Assembly: GCA_963702095.1 (NCBI GenBank)
Contig: OY969706.1
Location: forward strand, 1,024,001-1,088,000
DNA from: Candidatus Bathyarchaeota archaeon
GTDB taxonomy: Archaea; Thermoproteota; Bathyarchaeia; Bathyarchaeales; Bathycorpusculaceae
DNA: 64,000 nt
Direction of reading: 5' to 3'
Both the position numbers and the translations under genes were made by a program. This document shows positions 17,301-27,070 of this stretch, in pieces. Numbering within the stretch: the first letter of the stretch is position 1; the number at the start of each line of letters is the position of its first letter. The notes beneath the pieces were generated by a model. That model was not told the origin of the DNA. It did no database searches and was given only the letters and a program-made list of their open reading frames with translations.

Positions 17301-19604
17301 TCAAAACCGTTCAAAGACACCGTCCCAATTCAAGCTCAAGAGCATAGCGGTCAACTAGACGGTGACGAAAGAAAGAAGATTGAAGCAAAATTCCGCTCCC
17401 CAAACGACCCTCTAAACGTTCTTGTTTGCACACCTACCATGGAGCTGGGCATAGACATAGGCGACCTATCGGCAATTTACATGAGAAACGTTCCTCCAAG
17501 CCCAAGCAACTATGCCCAACGAGCAGGACGCGCAGGAAGAAAAAACCAACCCTCAATAATCACGACCTTTTGCGGAAGCGGCATTGCGAGAGGACCACAC
17601 GACCAATACTTCTACCGGTTCCCCGAAAAGATCGTTTCCGGAAAGATAACCTCACCCAGATTCATGCTAGACAACAAACAACTCGTAACAACACACCTAC
17701 ATTCACTTATCTTAGAAACTATGGAGACTAAACTCGAAACAGGCATAGGCAAAATCTTAGACCTAAACGAACCAAACTACCCCATGCTACCCGACTACAA
17801 AAACAGCCTATCAAAAAAAGTAGCAGATGCAAAACAAAAGATAACAGAATCAGCAAAAAGCGCCTTCTCATTAGAAATGACAGTTTATCCCTGGTTTACA
17901 GAAGGATTCGTCAACCAAACCATCGACTCATTTTTGGATCATTTTGAAAGCGCACTGGAATACTGGCGAAAAGAATACGCAACCCTTGACAGAGAACACC
18001 AGGACTTAAGCGCCAAAAACAGAAAAGAAGGCCCTTCAAGCCAGGACAGAAACCGTATTGAAGCCATAGCCCAAAAACTTATGAACATGAGAGACGGCGA
18101 AAAAGACTTCTACATATACCGCTACCTCTCAGCGCAAGGATTCCTGCCAAACTATGGCTTCCCAAGCAGCAATATCACCCTGTCACTGAGCGAATCAGAA
18201 AACGAAATCCAAAGAGACAACGTCATAGCCCTCTCAGAACTTGCCCCAGGGAACACCATCTACTACCAGGGAGCTAAATACCAAGTTGCATATGCCAGAC
18301 CAAAAGTGATGAATCAAAAACCCGTCAGAGAATACCTGCTCATCTGCCCCAACTGCCAAAACGCCCTAAGAGGTGAGATAGCTAAAACCGCTGCGGCATG
18401 TCCAAAATGCCAAAAACCTCTAACCGGCGAGCACCCAAACCCCAACGCCATGCAACTACCCGACATGTACGCAATACGCAGACTAAGAATCACAAGCGAC
18501 GAAGAAGAACGCATGCGACTGGGCTATCAAACATCGACACACTACCAAGCCAGCGACAAAATCAACGAATACGACGTAACCACCCCCAACGACTTATCTT
18601 TAAAGATACTCTATGAGCACAACGGACAAATTATCCACTTAAACAAGGGCACAACCAGAAACCAAGAAGATGGACAAGACGCAGGATTTGTTCTCTGCTC
18701 AGCCTGCAACCGATGGTTATTTGGCGACGACCGAATAGAAGACCACATCAACTCAGATTCAAACTCTCACTGCCCCAAAAACGCCCAAGAAGAAGACATA
18801 ATCAGAGGCATTGAACTCTTCACAGTAGGTACCCACGACGTGGCAACCCTAAAAGTTCCACCACCCAAAAACCTCACACAAGACCAAATACAACCCTACT
18901 ATCTCACACTCCAAGAAGCACTGTTGCAAGGCATGCAAATCGCACTCAACTTAGACGACAGCGAAATCGACGGCTTCATAACCCAGGAGGTTATTGACCC
19001 CTCAAGATATGATATAATTCTCTATGAGACTGCAGGCGGTGGCACAGGCGCCATTAAAGCTCTAACTTCAACACCCGGATTTACAAATATTGTAGGGAAA
19101 GCAAGAGAGCTCCTCCACGAACACGACCCCACTATTGGATGCAACAAAGCATGCTACGAATGCCTACTAAACTACTATAACCAGCGTGACCACGAAAAAC
19201 TCGACAGAAACCTAATCCTACCAACACTAAGACATCTCGAAAACGCAAGAACAACTCACATTCCACCCCCGAACAATGAACAAAAACTTGAGGAACTATC
19301 CAAAGCATGCGACTCAGAACTTGAAAGGACAGTACTCAATAAAATAATTGCTGAAGGTCTTCCACTGCCCGACGAAGCGCAACACATAATATACGACAAA
19401 GACGTGCGCATAGCAAAACCCGACTTCTACTACAAACAACAAAACATCGCACTATTCGTAGACGGCCCCGCGCATGAAGAAGACTATGTAAGAAAAGACG
19501 ACGAGGAGAAACGAAAGAAAATACGCGCTTTAGGTTATAGGGTGTTCGTAATTCATCACTCAAACATAGAACAAGGAATTGACAGCCTAAAACAAGCAGT
19601 GTAG
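14349..19604 (+). CDS. YprA/DrmA-type DEAD/DEAH helicase with DUF1998 and C-terminal DUF559/Vsr-like nuclease
   Basis: TGTSSGKS, YPMNALANSQ, DEIH, TSAT, TMELGIDIG, QRAGRAGR; many CxxC; YETAGGGTG and C..ACYECL (DUF1998); KPDF...FVDGPAH nuclease tail. Confidence 0.88.
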   Translation: MNPFETLSYVQDTYRTYVYTFQKIRSPKIEKWVQDKIAEGTLLWKDPYIQLNRRFEQGDSLQKLVDEGILHRGVLKIFSRKEANGQLTGSPILPYKHQSEAILSILRDNANTLVTTGTSSGKSFCFGIPIVSECLKMRDQGLSGIKAIIVYPMNALANSQYEDFALRLHGSGLKIGLYTGDTKNSPDEARAALKMATGREEPYDSELLSRDEIQANPPDILMTNYVMLELLLTRFEDRKLFPKDQRSLKFLVLDEIHTYSGKKGADVACLIRRLKQRTGTIGKLRCIGTSATVQSEKGERGEELIADFAKTLFSEDFQPAHVIGEHYLKISRPSADPLPSAIHVTNEMLEHFDGTLEKAIALTEALTGNPVADQDKTAEGIGKILSAQQTVQFLEDKLSENSQSLVTILKEYKERHRLSFSEEDVAKELKAALLAGSVGMVEILGSQQPKFVPKIHTFFSQGKTITTCLTKDGPHLNERGESTCPTCAKDQKTRATFPLNFCRACGQEFYGATITEDNTLYPRDIDMVETQGTNAYLQIGTFNEETVPFPAEWYDKEEKQLTAKHEEARPQRAIYCPSCNKIYATCSCKDRLEVTVVPSPFLFCPTCGVYYDKRSREFSKLFTFGSIGRSTGTDVLVSSVVSKLNPDERKLIAFSDSRQDTALQAAHMNNLQKRIHFRQSLYYALKDNGYIEGTDKALDINQTGLKIFKTMENNDVIPDYARARGKYVKTSDADEAYQRYLEYNVVLDLGSSTRKNQRNLEEVGLVQVIYNGLEGLSQDEALWKKINPLATLSPIERQDYLSGILDIFRSKRAISHKDVLNQREFRNEIISKLTEECQFDIGAEAPGTIMGYSDTARKGDKTKYVLRITGPKSRLMIWTQRVLGLSREEAADLLNQIFSILSDKELLPILASVPVKGYRGISLGEVYMLDSQYLQLQALNKTKHKICPKCGLLHHRQTIDICTDVNCGQLEQRDFEKNYFRIAYSKPFKDTVPIQAQEHSGQLDGDERKKIEAKFRSPNDPLNVLVCTPTMELGIDIGDLSAIYMRNVPPSPSNYAQRAGRAGRKNQPSIITTFCGSGIARGPHDQYFYRFPEKIVSGKITSPRFMLDNKQLVTTHLHSLILETMETKLETGIGKILDLNEPNYPMLPDYKNSLSKKVADAKQKITESAKSAFSLEMTVYPWFTEGFVNQTIDSFLDHFESALEYWRKEYATLDREHQDLSAKNRKEGPSSQDRNRIEAIAQKLMNMRDGEKDFYIYRYLSAQGFLPNYGFPSSNITLSLSESENEIQRDNVIALSELAPGNTIYYQGAKYQVAYARPKVMNQKPVREYLLICPNCQNALRGEIAKTAAACPKCQKPLTGEHPNPNAMQLPDMYAIRRLRITSDEEERMRLGYQTSTHYQASDKINEYDVTTPNDLSLKILYEHNGQIIHLNKGTTRNQEDGQDAGFVLCSACNRWLFGDDRIEDHINSDSNSHCPKNAQEEDIIRGIELFTVGTHDVATLKVPPPKNLTQDQIQPYYLTLQEALLQGMQIALNLDDSEIDGFITQEVIDPSRYDIILYETAGGGTGAIKALTSTPGFTNIVGKARELLHEHDPTIGCNKACYECLLNYYNQRDHEKLDRNLILPTLRHLENARTTHIPPPNNEQKLEELSKACDSELERTVLNKIIAEGLPLPDEAQHIIYDKDVRIAKPDFYYKQQNIALFVDGPAHEEDYVRKDDEEKRKKIRALGYRVFVIHHSNIEQGIDSLKQAV

Positions 19605-19652
19605 CATTTCGACGTACAGTACTAAATTATCGCTCAATTGATACTAAAAGCC

Positions 19653-19994
19653 TCATTTTAAAGCATACTCGTATCTAGGCTTCTTTAACGAGCCAATATT
19701 TTTCTTAGCCATTCTTCCTTCAGAAACAAGTTTGCCAATTGCATTTCTTACAACATCGCCATAATTTGGCCCTCTTATTTGAAAGGCATCAATGAAATCG
19801 CGTGTCTCCAAATCCATGCGGCCCATCTTAAAGGCTACCTCTGGAATCCTTGCCAGGAGCACCTCCAAAACGTTCCCTGCTCCAACTATTCTTTTATCGC
19901 CGTCATACATCACTGTCGTTGAAAGTACTTCTCCGGTTCGGGCATCTTTAAGATATTTACGGTCCAAATATGAAGATGACATTACAATCGTCAT
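19653..19994 (-). CDS. Small hypothetical protein, possibly winged-helix
   Basis: 113-aa ORF; VVRNAIGKLVSEGRM..KPRYEY resembles recognition helix plus wing. Confidence 0.5.
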   Translation of the reverse strand: MTIVMSSSYLDRKYLKDARTGEVLSTTVMYDGDKRIVGAGNVLEVLLARIPEVAFKMGRMDLETRDFIDAFQIRGPNYGDVVRNAIGKLVSEGRMAKKNIGSLKKPRYEYALK

Positions 19995-20107
19995 CTTCTA
20001 TTATCCATGTTATCCTAATTACACTTTCCCAACTCAGCGGTGGGACGTTGGAAAGTTTTAAAGACCTAAACAGGAAATAAGAGAACGTCTGAGCGGGGAT
20101 TGCATTA

Positions 20108-23100
20108 ATGACTAAACATATTTCAGTTAGACTTTTGTGGCATGATAGTGGTTGGAATGGTTGCATCTGCAAAAACCCTTCTAAGAACACTTACTGTTAT
20201 GCAGACAAATCGGTTCCTATAGTCAAACTTAAAGAAGACAAGCAAGATCCAACGTATCTGAACTGGGAAAATAAGAATTCAGGTAAATGCTGTACCGAAC
20301 TACAGAATCTTCCACGCTGCACCTGGTCCATAAACGCATTCTCACCTACAGAGGTAGATTTCATTCACATAGCCCAGCCATTCATGAAAATAGGCGATCC
20401 CGGAGTTCGAGACTTCCCCGAAAAAATGCAGCCATATTCGATGGGAACATGGAAATTCGACGATATGTACCCTACAAGATACAAAGGATTTGAAGACGTA
20501 AACATTTACACACCTTTTTATGTTAGTCAAAGAGAAGAGCTTTCCCGCAAATACTACGAACAATTCAAAAATGGCAAATCACTAGTCTTCACTTATTTGA
20601 ACACTGATAACCCACTGAATGACGAAAGAGAAACATATGTCCTTGTCGGAGTTTGTAAACTCAAAGAAGTAGGCCAACCTCAACGGTGGTCTTTTCAAAG
20701 GAAAGAGAGTAACCAATCATGGGGAGACCTCGTATGGAGTAGGAAAATAATTCAAAGTTATTCACCCAAAGACGAAGGTCTAAGGATACCCTACCAAGAA
20801 GTACTAGAATACCAAGAAACACACCCTAAAGTGGGTAACTTAATCAAACCAATCTTATTTGAAATTGATAACGGAAAAGAAATTGTAAGAAAATTCAAGT
20901 ATGTTTCAAGAGACCTCACTGACATAGAAGCATCTTCAATAATACAACAACTTCTCCCAATTGTTCGGATACTCAAAGAATATCAAAAGAAATATGGTAT
21001 TTGCCCTGAGATAGATTGGGAACGGAAAGAACAATGGTTAGGCGAAATTCTAGCAATAACATACAAGGAAAGGAGCAAATATCCTGGACTTGTAGCAATT
21101 CTGGACTGCTTACATTTTGATAATGCCTCTTTTTTCTTTAATGATGTACTCAGACCTAAAGAAGAAAAGGGCGAAGATATTCAAGAATATGTACGAAAAA
21201 TGCTGGAAACAGCCAAAGCTCCTAAACCATATTTAGAAGCAGCCAAAAAAGCCACAAAGTATTGGAAAAACAGTTACACAGATGAAGAAAAAGAATTCAT
21301 GTTAAAGATTCTTTCACTCATAGATTTGAGGGCTAGGGTTACCTTCGAGAGCGAAGAAGGTACAAAGGAAGTTATAAAAAACCAAGTTGAAAAAATAGTG
21401 GATGAAGATCGTGCAGAGATAGCAGGCATCGTATCTTCCTTGGAAGCACTTAAGAAAAACCCTTTCTTGATTTGTGAGGAATACCAAGGTGAAGACCCAG
21501 ATGACTTCATAACCTTTGACAAAGTTGACGCAGCATTCTTTCCCCCTGAAGATTACTGGAAGATCGACCCAAAAATAAAAATGCCCCCCGACGACCCAAG
21601 ACGAGTCCGAGCCAAAATTATTCAAATTCTGAAAAACCGAGAAGCCAACGGCGATTGCTTCCTAAATGTTAAAGAGATTCTCGAGATAATTGAAAGCGAG
21701 GAAGATTTAGCCCAGAAAATCCACATTAATATTCGTGATCTAAAAGCTGAAAAGAAATTTTACGAGGAAAAACTCTACTGGAAACCGGTAGAAGACCAAA
21801 TCTATCTTTATCGTAAAGAAATTCATGAAATGGAAGAATTGATTGAAAATAGCATTCGAAACCTTATCGACGCAAAACAACGACAACTTCCAACCATAAA
21901 TTTTGAAGAACTTTTAAGAAAGCCAGATGACGGGAAATTTCCTAAGGAAAAGCTTGACCAAGTCCGAAAAGAGAAAATTTCAGCTTTACAAAATACTTTC
22001 AAAAACAAATTTTCCGTAATCACAGGGATTGCAGGATCAGGCAAAACGACCCTGATTGAAAAATTAACCCGATTGATCTGTGAAAATGAAAAAGCTGACC
22101 TGAAAAGCGATTTTCTCTTTTTAACCCCAACGGGAAAAGCTGCAATTCGATTATCAGAGGTTGGAAAAAGAGCTTTCACAATCGACTACATACTTAACAA
22201 GTACAACTGGGTAAACCCCAAGTTGGCAAGCGGTTATTCAGAAAATGGCGATCCTCTAAATTTCAAGAACATAGTAATCGACGAAAGCTCAATGGTTGAC
22301 CTTGAAAAACTAGCCGTGCTATTCAAAGCCATAAACTGGAAGAGAATCGAACGCCTAATCATGTGCGGAGATGTAAACCAACTTCCACCGATTGGACTTG
22401 GAAAACCCTTTTTCGACATAATTCAATACTTGAAAAATGACCCTCAATACAAAGACGGAGGCTTCGTCAATTACCTAAATGTCAATTGCAGACAAATCCT
22501 AAGCGACAGTAAAGCCGCTAAACTAGCGGAAGTATTCAAATCATCAGAAGAAGAAGACCCATTTTGGGAGGAAATGATCCTCAAAGTTATCAATGGCTAT
22601 GATGAGGGCGACCTCAAGGTCACCTATTGGGAAGACGAAATGGATCTTCCAGGCCTTATCTACGCAGAAATAGACAAAATAGCTAGACAAGAATTCAAAA
22701 TGCTTCCTGATTGCCAAAAATTAAGGGATTATGAATGCTTCAATCGCTTGGTAGGAGCTCAAAGAGACGAACTAAAAAGAGATTTCAGTTCAGAAATTGT
22801 AAAAGCACATGGCGCAGGTTCCGAAAACAGATATTCAGTCGATTTCTTTCAAATCATAACGCCATACAAGCAAGACTACTTCGGTACGACAGGACTAAAC
22901 TATCAAATCCAGCACAAATACCACGCAGCACTCTGGAGCTTCATACCAAAAGTAAAGCCAGCTCTGTACGGAAGAGTTGACGAGTTCACTCAATTTGACA
23001 AGATAATCCAAATTAAGAATCGCTACCGACAACGGTTCGAATGGGATTTTAGGAATAACCAAAGAGCAGTTACGATAGACTTTTTGGCAAATGGACAACT

Positions 23101-23908
23101 TGGAACTACAAGGGTGCACAAAGATCAGTACGGACACAAATCTCTTCAATTAGAGTACAAAGGCGAAGAAGACAGATTGCTTAAAGCTGATGCGAATTTC
23201 GCCAAATCAAACCTAGAACTTGCATATGTTCTGACCGTCCACAAAGTTCAAGGCAGCCAGTTCAACATAGTATTTTTGATTATCCCTGAAAAAATTGCCC
23301 TAATTAGCAAAGAACTCATTTACACAGCATTAACTCGCCAAATAGACAAATTGGTCTTGCTAATTCAGAAATCCGCTAAATACCATCTGCTTCATGCAAA
23401 GACAAACTCTTCAATTCTGAATCGAAATTCCTCAATATTTTTCCATTACGATGTAAGAACTTCATCACAAGCAATCTGCAGACACCTAATGAATAACCAC
23501 ATACATAGGACCAATAGACTCGACAAAATTGAATTAGTAACATCAAAATCTGAAGCACTAATCGCAAATTTACTGCTCGCGTCTAAAATTCCCTATGAGT
23601 ATGAGCGAGTGCTGGACTGCGCGGATTTCCCAGTAAAACCCGACTTTACCTTTCTTAATGATGAGGGAAAACCATCATTGTATTGGGAACATCTAGGTAT
23701 GAAAGGTGACCCTGAGTATGACGAGAAATGGGAAAGGAAAAGGCAAGGCTACACGAAAAATGGCTACAAAATAATAACAAAAGACGAATTACTGAAAACC
23801 AAAGACTCCAAATGTATTCTAACTACAAAGGAAAATAAGGGTGCAATAGATAGCACTGAAATTCAATCAGTAATTAACGAAATTGGAAAAGTACTTTCTC
23901 AAACCTAA
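20108..23908 (+). CDS. RecD2-like SF1B helicase with C-terminal PD-(D/E)xK-like nuclease
   Basis: GIAGSGKT, TPTGKAA, IDESSMV, GDVNQLPPIG, AYVLTVHKVQGSQF, YTALTR; tail SKSE..KPDF..YWEHLGM; Cys/His-rich N-terminus. Confidence 0.85.
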   Translation: MTKHISVRLLWHDSGWNGCICKNPSKNTYCYADKSVPIVKLKEDKQDPTYLNWENKNSGKCCTELQNLPRCTWSINAFSPTEVDFIHIAQPFMKIGDPGVRDFPEKMQPYSMGTWKFDDMYPTRYKGFEDVNIYTPFYVSQREELSRKYYEQFKNGKSLVFTYLNTDNPLNDERETYVLVGVCKLKEVGQPQRWSFQRKESNQSWGDLVWSRKIIQSYSPKDEGLRIPYQEVLEYQETHPKVGNLIKPILFEIDNGKEIVRKFKYVSRDLTDIEASSIIQQLLPIVRILKEYQKKYGICPEIDWERKEQWLGEILAITYKERSKYPGLVAILDCLHFDNASFFFNDVLRPKEEKGEDIQEYVRKMLETAKAPKPYLEAAKKATKYWKNSYTDEEKEFMLKILSLIDLRARVTFESEEGTKEVIKNQVEKIVDEDRAEIAGIVSSLEALKKNPFLICEEYQGEDPDDFITFDKVDAAFFPPEDYWKIDPKIKMPPDDPRRVRAKIIQILKNREANGDCFLNVKEILEIIESEEDLAQKIHINIRDLKAEKKFYEEKLYWKPVEDQIYLYRKEIHEMEELIENSIRNLIDAKQRQLPTINFEELLRKPDDGKFPKEKLDQVRKEKISALQNTFKNKFSVITGIAGSGKTTLIEKLTRLICENEKADLKSDFLFLTPTGKAAIRLSEVGKRAFTIDYILNKYNWVNPKLASGYSENGDPLNFKNIVIDESSMVDLEKLAVLFKAINWKRIERLIMCGDVNQLPPIGLGKPFFDIIQYLKNDPQYKDGGFVNYLNVNCRQILSDSKAAKLAEVFKSSEEEDPFWEEMILKVINGYDEGDLKVTYWEDEMDLPGLIYAEIDKIARQEFKMLPDCQKLRDYECFNRLVGAQRDELKRDFSSEIVKAHGAGSENRYSVDFFQIITPYKQDYFGTTGLNYQIQHKYHAALWSFIPKVKPALYGRVDEFTQFDKIIQIKNRYRQRFEWDFRNNQRAVTIDFLANGQLGTTRVHKDQYGHKSLQLEYKGEEDRLLKADANFAKSNLELAYVLTVHKVQGSQFNIVFLIIPEKIALISKELIYTALTRQIDKLVLLIQKSAKYHLLHAKTNSSILNRNSSIFFHYDVRTSSQAICRHLMNNHIHRTNRLDKIELVTSKSEALIANLLLASKIPYEYERVLDCADFPVKPDFTFLNDEGKPSLYWEHLGMKGDPEYDEKWERKRQGYTKNGYKIITKDELLKTKDSKCILTTKENKGAIDSTEIQSVINEIGKVLSQT

Positions 23909-23924
23909 AAACGGACTTGGAAAA

Positions 23925-26900
23925 ATGAGTGAAGCTATCGAAGGCAAAGCCAGATTTGCAGAAGGACAAAACGTTTTGTACTTAGGCACAAACAAAGTCG
24001 GGACTGTCAACAAGGTAATCAAAGGATCACGAAGCTTTCAATACAAAATAACAATAGATGGAAAAGTTCAAGTCGTCGCCGAACGATTCCTCGAACCTGC
24101 AATAGACACAGAAGAAAACATTATTGAGGATTTCAATTCTGGAAAACTTGGCAATCATGAGGAGTACAGACTATTTCAAACATGGCTGCGCCTTTCAAGA
24201 CCAATCGAAAGCAACCTATACAGTTATCTTGGAAGTAAAACAATTTTCAATCCACACCAATTCAAACCTCTCCTAAGATTTCTGTCACCTAACTCCGAAG
24301 AGAGACTTTTCATCGCAGATGAAGTTGGAGTAGGAAAAACCATCGAAGCCGGCATAATAATAAAGGAGTTAATGGCTCGAAACAGAATAGACTATAGATC
24401 ACCTATCCTAATAGTCTGCCCCGTTTCTTTGGGATCAAAATGGGTCAAGGAAATGAAGGAAAGATTTTCTTATCAATTTCATCTTCACGATGGAAACTCT
24501 TTAAAAAACATGCTAAAAACAACAATAAGAGAGGGAATTCTCCCTCAAGGATACACTTTCTCAATAGCCGGTTTGCAGCTATTGCGGCGAGAAGAATACA
24601 TGACAATGTTAAACGAACTTGATTCAAAAAGAAATACGCCCGTTTTTTCGCTTGTAATAATTGACGAAGCTCATCACCTTCGTAACTCGGAGACAGACAG
24701 CAATGAACTCGGCAACGTTTTGAGCCGTATGACAGAAATGATGCTAATGCTTTCAGCGACTCCACTAAATCTAAAGAACGAGGATCTCTTCAATCAGATG
24801 CACATTTTAAACGAAGCCCAATTTCCCGATCCAACTACATTTGAAACTATGCTTGGTCCAGTCGTGGCACTTAACCAAATAAATCAAATAATAGCAGAAA
24901 ATGAGCCAAATAAAGCTGAAAAAATACTTTCAGTACTTGGACATTTGAGATTAGACCCACTGGGCAGAACAATTCTTTCACACCCAAACGTTAAAGACTT
25001 CACTTGTAGACTGGAAAATCCGGCTCCTTTTTCAACTGAAGAAATAACTTACTTCCAGCGCACTTTCACTTCTTTGAGCCCATTATTTTACTCTTTTACT
25101 CGAACAAGAAAAAGAGAAGCGCTTGATCACCAAATTATTAGAGAAGTTCACGAATTGCCAATTACATTAACTTCAACGGAACAACAATTCTCCGAAAATG
25201 CATTGCAGTTAATTGAACAGTATTACGCTTCATTGGAAAACGAAGATCTTCCAATGGGTTTTATCATGAACATTTATCAAAGAATGGTTAGCAGTTGCAT
25301 TCCAGCTTTGATACAATATCTGAAATGGATGGTTAAAGCCGCTAAAATTCTCGATATAGACGCGAAAAACTTTGAGGAGATTGAAGATGACACTGAAATT
25401 GAAACAGCAGATATTAACATGGCATTTAGTCAAAAAATTTCAAATCTATTAGAGCGAGCAAAAGAAATAGAAAGCGTCGATAGCAAGTATTCACAATTCA
25501 AGTTAATGGTTCAAAAAGTATTAGCAAATCCTGAAACTCCTCAAACAATGGTTTTTTCTTTCTTTGTTAGAACTCTTGAATATTTGAAGAAACGACTCAT
25601 CGAGGACGGCTTCACGGTAGAAGTAATTCATGGCGAAATTCCAATGCAGAGCCAAAATGGAATTCTTGGCAGAGACCAAATAATGACAGCTTTCAAAGAC
25701 GGCAAATATCAAATTTTGCTTTCAAGCGAAGTTGGAGGCGAAGGACTTGACTTTCAATTCTGCCATGCAATTGTCAACTACGATCTACCCTATAACCCAA
25801 TGAGAGTTGAACAACGAATTGGAAGAATAGACCGATTCGGCCAGAAAGCTGACAAAATAATTGTCACCAATCTTTTCATCAAAGGAACAGTTGATGAAGA
25901 AATATACAATCGACTATACAAGCGCATTCGATTAATTGAAGATGGCATAGGCTCTTTGGAGACAATACTTGGGAAAGAGTTGGCTGACCTTCAAACCGCC
26001 ATAATTACAGGGACATTAAGTGATAAACAAAAGGAGGAAATGCAAAGACGCATAGAGGAACGCGTTGCATCAGCAAAATCAGAAGCAGAAGAATTCGAAA
26101 AAAACCGCAAAGAATTACTAAGCGATGATTACCTTTCTGCACCCATTAAACAACTTATCTAAAGGAGACTTCATAAGTCCAAAAGATGCACAAGAACTAA
26201 CCGAGATTTGCCTCTCAAAATGGAAAGGATGCAAATACACTACCGACAGCAAAGGATTACCCCAAATACAAATATCGCCAGAAATCTCAGCAGATCTTAG
26301 AACATTTTCTTCGAGCGCCAGGACGCGAAGGAGGTTATAACGAACTTCATCAATTGATCTCAACTAAAGGTCCAGTCAAAATAATCTTCAATGGGCAAGA
26401 AGCTGAAGAAGAATTCAGATCGAGTCTTTTTATCTCCGACAGGATATTGGTCACGCTTTTTGGTAGAAAAACTCGAACTTGAAAAATCTATTTTCAAAAC
26501 TTTCGGATTTGCCGCATCCGATATTGGTCTTCCAAGTGGGAACTACATAGTTTTCTTTTTTGAGATTAAAATGGAAGGGATTAAAACTGAAATTGAGTTA
26601 TTAGGCATTCCAATAGATATTCGTGAAAATAAAGTTGCAGAAAGCGATTTTAGTGCTTTGCCCAGATTGCTTGCTAATACAAAAGGATCAGACAATTGTG
26701 TTAAAGGAAAAAGTTGACCTTATATCCAATTTGGATTTGGCAATGGCATATCTCGATGACCTACTTGAAGACAAAAGGAAGAAAGTATCAGACGAGAATA
26801 GATACAGAGCTGAAAGCCGAATAGCTGCATTGAGAAAAGGAACCGAAATACGAAATGAACGACTTGAACAACAAATTAAAAATCATATAACTAATAGAAT

Positions 26901-27066
26901 AGATGAAGGAAGAGCTCCAGACGAGAACTATATTCGACTAACCAAATCAAGAATTGAAAAAGAAAACGCAAAACTAACTTACAGTATAATAGATCTTCAA
27001 AAGAGGCAGATGCTAACCTTAGACTATAATTTGCAAGCAATAGCATACGTCAGGGTTTTTGGGTGA
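23925..27066 (+). pseudogene. Second SNF2/RapA-like helicase, C-terminal part split by several frameshifts
   Basis: IADEVGVGKT, DEAHH, SATP, GEGLDFQ, YNPMRVEQRIGRIDRFGQ in 23925-26162; continues through 26125-26340, 26391-26717 and 26623-27066 in other frames. Confidence 0.75.
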
Positions 27067-27070
27067 ACAA

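Noticed and set aside
7562-19604. Calling the module canonical DISARM or BREX
   Set aside because: No PLD DrmC, no separate DrmB, and no PglZ/BrxC, so no gene symbols were assigned.
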